Assembly (NCBI GenBank): GCA_033442325.1
Contig: JAWQFM010000004.1
Coordinates: 1,695,261-1,759,260, forward strand
DNA from: Salpingoeca rosetta
Lineage: Eukaryota; Protista; Choanoflagellata
Direction of reading: 5' to 3'
DNA: 64,000 bases
Shown piece after piece: positions 59,701 to 64,000 of the stretch. The position numbers and the translations under genes are program-made. How positions within the stretch are numbered: position 1 is the first letter of the stretch; every line of letters starts with the position of its first letter. The notes beneath the pieces are model-generated. The model was not told the DNA's origin, ran no database searches, and saw only the letters and a list, made by a program, of their open reading frames with translations.

Positions 59701-59831
59701 ACGCCAGCACCAAGCAATGCGACCAGCAGCAGCAGCCGCTGCAGCCACGCATGACGCGCCGCCTGTCCTCCGTGCTCAACTTCTCCACCTTTGTCAATGT
59801 CAACTGGGACCAGACCCAGATTGTTGCCTGA
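56667..59831 (+). CDS. LIM-domain protein (EPLIN/LIMD2-type LIM) with a long S/T/A-rich and acidic tail; probable actin binder
   Basis: Exons 56667-56700, 56952-57210, 57407-59831 with compatible phases. LIM sequence [56 protein letters not shown]. Confidence 0.85.
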
Positions 59832-60649
59832 GATGGATGGTGCGCATGGAGTGTTGTTGCATCTGTTGTAGATGCATGAACACGTACTCCGGTCACCTGC
59901 CCACGTTCCTTCCTTCCTTTCTGCTGTAGCACGCCCCTTTGCGTCTGCTCTGTCAGCACCCGCTTGTGTGTTACATTTCCTTCCTTTCTTTCCTCTCCTT
60001 ACTTCTTCTTCCCTTCCTTCCTTTCTTTTCAAACTGGTGAGCGCGCTCGAGCGTGCACACGCGCACGTGTTATGTGTGTTCTGTGACCTTGACTCACTGT
60101 CCGGCAGACTAGCTGCTGTTGCAGCCTTACTTCGTCCGTGTCGTTGTTTTCATCGAGCTGGCCGCTTCCTGTGTTGGCTGTGTTTGTTCGTGTCCTGCCT
60201 TTCGTTGTGTTTGGTTCAGTTGATCATTGCGCTGCTTCCGTCACTGCCCTCATTGTGTCCTTCTGTGTCACTGCGTGGCCTCTTCCCCACGCAGTTGATG
60301 GAACAATACAAGAACTTAACAACATGAACTGAAGAAGGATGGATGGTTGGGGTGTTCTATTTCGTGTTGAAACAAAGAACAGGCGGTGCAATGACGGAAG
60401 GGGGGATGGGGATGGGATGGAGAGAGTGGGAAGGAGGAGGAAAGGGTCAAGGGGAGTGACACCGTCATAGGACACTCAAAGCACGACTGACCGTGCACAG
60501 AGGAAGCGCATACTTACAAACACGGGCGGGCGCAGGCATACAACCGGCTGCGTGCGTGCAAGCGGTTAAAATGAAGCACACACTTGCACACGCACAACAC
60601 ACACACACACAACAGAACACAGATACACACACACACACACACACTTGCG

Positions 60650-60702
<53 letters not shown>

Positions 60703-60738
60703 CAGAACACACAGGTACACAGAACAGGACACGGTGTG

Positions 60739-60969
60739 CTACTGGTTGTTGCTGTTGGAGGATGATGACGCCCCTTGTTGATGTTGCGCTGCTGCGTCGA
60801 GCACGGCTGTGTCGGTGTCAGTGCTGTTCTGTGCGTCCTTGGCGGCCTTGTTTGCCTGATAGCGCGCAATCACGTCCCCAGAGCGAAAGGCAACAAACGT
60901 GCCATAATACAGCGTCACGCCAACCAGCCCCAGCACAAAGCCCTTGTGCACAATGTCTGCCAGCGCCAT
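60739..60969 (-). CDS. COX14: Cytochrome c oxidase assembly factor COX14-like small TM protein
   Basis: MALADIVHKGFVLGLVGVTLYYG: LADxxH(K/R) followed by a single TM, 76 aa. Confidence 0.65.
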   Translation of the reverse strand: MALADIVHKGFVLGLVGVTLYYGTFVAFRSGDVIARYQANKAAKDAQNSTDTDTAVLDAAAQHQQGASSSSNSNNQ

Positions 60970-61278
60970 CACGGTAGTGGTGTGTTGGGAGTGAGAATTG
61001 GGTGGCGAGTGTGAGTGTTGGAGTGAGTGTTGGTTGGTCGTCTTGCGCGGCGTTGCACAGCAGCAGTTGTTAGTGCTGTAATTTATTTGTCCTGTCGTAA
61101 TCCACCACCGGATATCGGATATCGACCGAGCAAACAAGCACGCACGCACGCTGCTGCTGTTCATTGTGTAACGAAACACAACCAACATCACCCACTGCCC
61201 TTGCATCTGTCTCCTGTCTCCCCCCAGCGGCCGCCCCTCTCCGTCTCTGGGGTTCACGACCACGAATAACTTGCCACC

Positions 61279-61494
61279 ATGTTCTTTATGTTTTGTCCGC
61301 TGTGCACGAATCAGCTCGTGCTGGACACGTCTGCGGAGTGCGGGACGCACTTTGCCTGCCGCACGTGCCCGTACAAGCACGAGATGAACATGCCTGTCGT
61401 GTCGTCCCGCAAGTCCCGAAACCCAAAACAAGTCGAGGACATCATCGGCTCCTCCACAGAGGGCCTTTCCATGACAGACGGTGCGTGTGTTGTG

Positions 61495-61575
<81 letters not shown>

Positions 61576-61859
61576 TGTGTGATGTATGTGTGTGTGTGTG
61601 ATATATGTGTGCGTAGGACACGTGTAGCTGACGCTGTGCATAGTTGCCCGCTTACGTCGCTGCACATACTTCTCCCCTTTCCTCCCTCACCCTCCTCAAT
61701 CAACACACATGCGCATGCACGTTTGCAATTACAGCGCGGTGCCCACAGTGCGACCATGCACGGGCGTTCTTCTTTGAGATGCAGACGCGATCTGCCGACG
61801 AGCCCATGACCGTCTTCTACTGCTGCGAGGAGTGCAAGCACAAGTGGAGCGAAAACTAG
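61279..61859 (+). CDS. POLR3K: RNA polymerase III TFIIS-like subunit (yeast Rpc11/C11 orthologue)
   Basis: Exons 61279-61480 and 61735-61859. FCPLCTNQL..FACRTCPY and CPQCDHARAFFFEMQTRSADEPMTVFYCCEECKHKW. Confidence 0.95.
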
Positions 61860-61860
61860 C

Positions 61861-61974
<114 letters not shown>

Positions 61975-61989
61975 GTCGCTACTCTCGCG

Positions 61990-62057
61990 TCTGCCCACCG
62001 TCTCTGCCCACCGTCTCTGCCCACCGTCTCTACTTTCGCCTCTGCCCACCGTCTCTG
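61990..62057. repeat. 13-bp minisatellite (TCTGCCCACCGTC) x about 4
   Basis: Seen directly downstream of POLR3K. Confidence 0.85.
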
Positions 62058-62295
62058 TGCGCTTTCAACCGTTAAACCTTCGTTGTGTGTACATATGATT
62101 GCACCCCCTCCTCTGCACTTGCTTTCTCATGTCGTCGCTTAGCTAATAGAAGAGACCCGCGACTTCAGTCAGTGTGTGTACTGTCGCATCTCCAAATTCT
62201 ATGGCCCAACAACATACAGCAGGCACGCAAGTACAACCACAATCGCCACCACAAACACCCGCACGCATGCACACATGTACACGCAGCGGCATCGT

Positions 62296-63224
62296 TTATT
62301 GCCACGCCTTGTCCAGCTGCTTCCGCGCGCTGATCTTGGAGAGCGCGTATGTGGCGGCAATGAGCGCGGCGAGCGTGCCCAGTAGCGCCACGCGGTTGAA
62401 GCTGCGGTCCAGCGAGTCAAACTGCCCAGACGGGTTGGCCTGCATGTGTGTGCGTGTGTGTGTGTGTGCGTGTGTGTGTGTGTGTTGTGTGTATGCAATT
62501 GTGTGTGTGTGTGCGTGTATGCAATTGTGTGTGTGTGAATACGAATGGGGAGTGTCATCCGATTGCACGCCAAACAACGGAGCTCGTCACACCAACATCG
62601 CAGCCACCACCAACTACAGCCACAACACCACATGCCCGCACCCTGGTGACGAATGTGTCGAGCCCGTGTGCGAGGACGAGACTGGTCGACTCAAGGCCAG
62701 AGGGCGCCGTCACAATGTCGCGCACGCGGGAAACAGTCTGGCCATATGAACGTGGAGGTGGAGAAGGCGATGGGGTGTGGGCAGAGGGTTGAGGGGTAGG
62801 GGGGAGGATGATGATGTTGGTGGACATGGGGAACGTGAGTGAGTGTGTGAGTGGGAAGTGGTGGAGGGACGGAACGACTTGTTTGCACAAGCAGTTCCAG
62901 CATCGACCATGTTAGGGAGCCACCCATACACCATCACGTGCGTGTGTGTGCGCAGACCTGGCCATATGTGATGATGCCGAGCGTGTTCACCACCAGCAGC
63001 GGTTCGTACTTGGGAAGATCCACCACCCGCTCCTGCGCCTTTGGGGTGGCCGGCCTGCGGTGGTTGATGATGGTTGGTGGTGGTGGTGGGGAATGCGTTA
63101 TTTGGTGGGTGGACGTGCAGTGGTGGTGGTGGTAGCGGTGTGAGCTGGGGGGGGGGCAAACCTCGATGAGATGACCAGCAAACAGACCAGCAAACAGACC
63201 AGCAAACAGATAAGCAAGCATGTA

Positions 63225-63282
<58 letters not shown>

Positions 63283-63538
63283 GCACACAACTGACCTGCG
63301 TGCGTCGAACCACTTCTTGTTGAGCGCGAGGATGCCGCCGTTGGCCAGGGCGATGAGCGCCTGCTTCTCCGTCACACCCTGACGTGGGCAGCGGCCATTG
63401 TAGACGTGGTGGAAAAAAGGTGAGGAGCCGCACAGTTGAGGACGACGGTCATCAGCAGCACAATGGATGGTCAGCAGCAACACAGTGGATGGTCAGCAGC
63501 AACATTCAACCACGCACACACACACCGACACACACACC

Positions 63539-63584
<46 letters not shown>

Positions 63585-64000
63585 GACACACACAGCACAA
63601 CACAACACACGCCTAACCCTACCGACCTGGTCTGTGCGAGTTACGCCCATGGCGGTGACGGCAGAGGGGAAGATGTAGGACTGCTTCATCACAATCGGCT
63701 TTGGACCGCTCAGCGACGAGAAGCTCTGCCCGCTCTCCTTCAGCTGATGTGGTGGCGATGGTGGTGGTGGTGGTGGTGAACAACGTGCGTTATCGCAAGG
63801 AAGCTCATCACTGAAGTGGCATTCAACACCATCAATACACAAACGACGCACACACACAACACACACACACACACACACACTCAACACACCAACCTTCCAA
63901 AGCGCACCTTGTTTTGTGCTGTCAAAGAGCTCGATGACCGCGAGCTCGTTGCGCTTCATCTTGCGGTTGCGGAAGCGTAGATGATCCAGGTTCTCGCTCA
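62296..64000 (-). CDS. EMC1: ER membrane protein complex subunit 1, 3' exons (partial)
   Basis: [77 protein letters not shown]-terminal [10 protein letters not shown]. Confidence 0.93.

Overview
Intron-rich eukaryotic DNA with GC-rich exons, (GT)n/(CA)n-filled introns and two N gaps. The style is most consistent with a choanoflagellate such as Salpingoeca rosetta (inference). The left ~37 kb looks like an accessory, birth-and-death, immunity-like region. It holds a frameshifted poly-Q gene, a damaged NWD1-type NACHT-WD40 gene, a decayed ATP7 copper ATPase and an LRR-ROC-COR gene ending in an IRE1/RNase L-like pseudokinase-KEN module. Across the window there is also a family of 7-repeat 'KWxGGVLAxNGLIYxIP...VLVIDPGC' proteins, predicted to be beta-propellers: three secreted coiled-coil forms, one pseudogene and one copy that splices in-frame to an N-terminal TIR domain and a TM helix. 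That last gene, an 'inverted Toll-like' type II receptor with soluble paralogs of its ectodomain, is the best candidate for an undescribed system. A convergent pair of GT2-like glycosyltransferase paralogs flanks the ROCO gene. The right part is mostly housekeeping: OCRL/INPP5B, a mucin-like membrane protein, a LIM protein, COX14, POLR3K and the 3' end of EMC1. Exon boundaries were read by eye and family assignments come from recalled motifs; no database searches were run.
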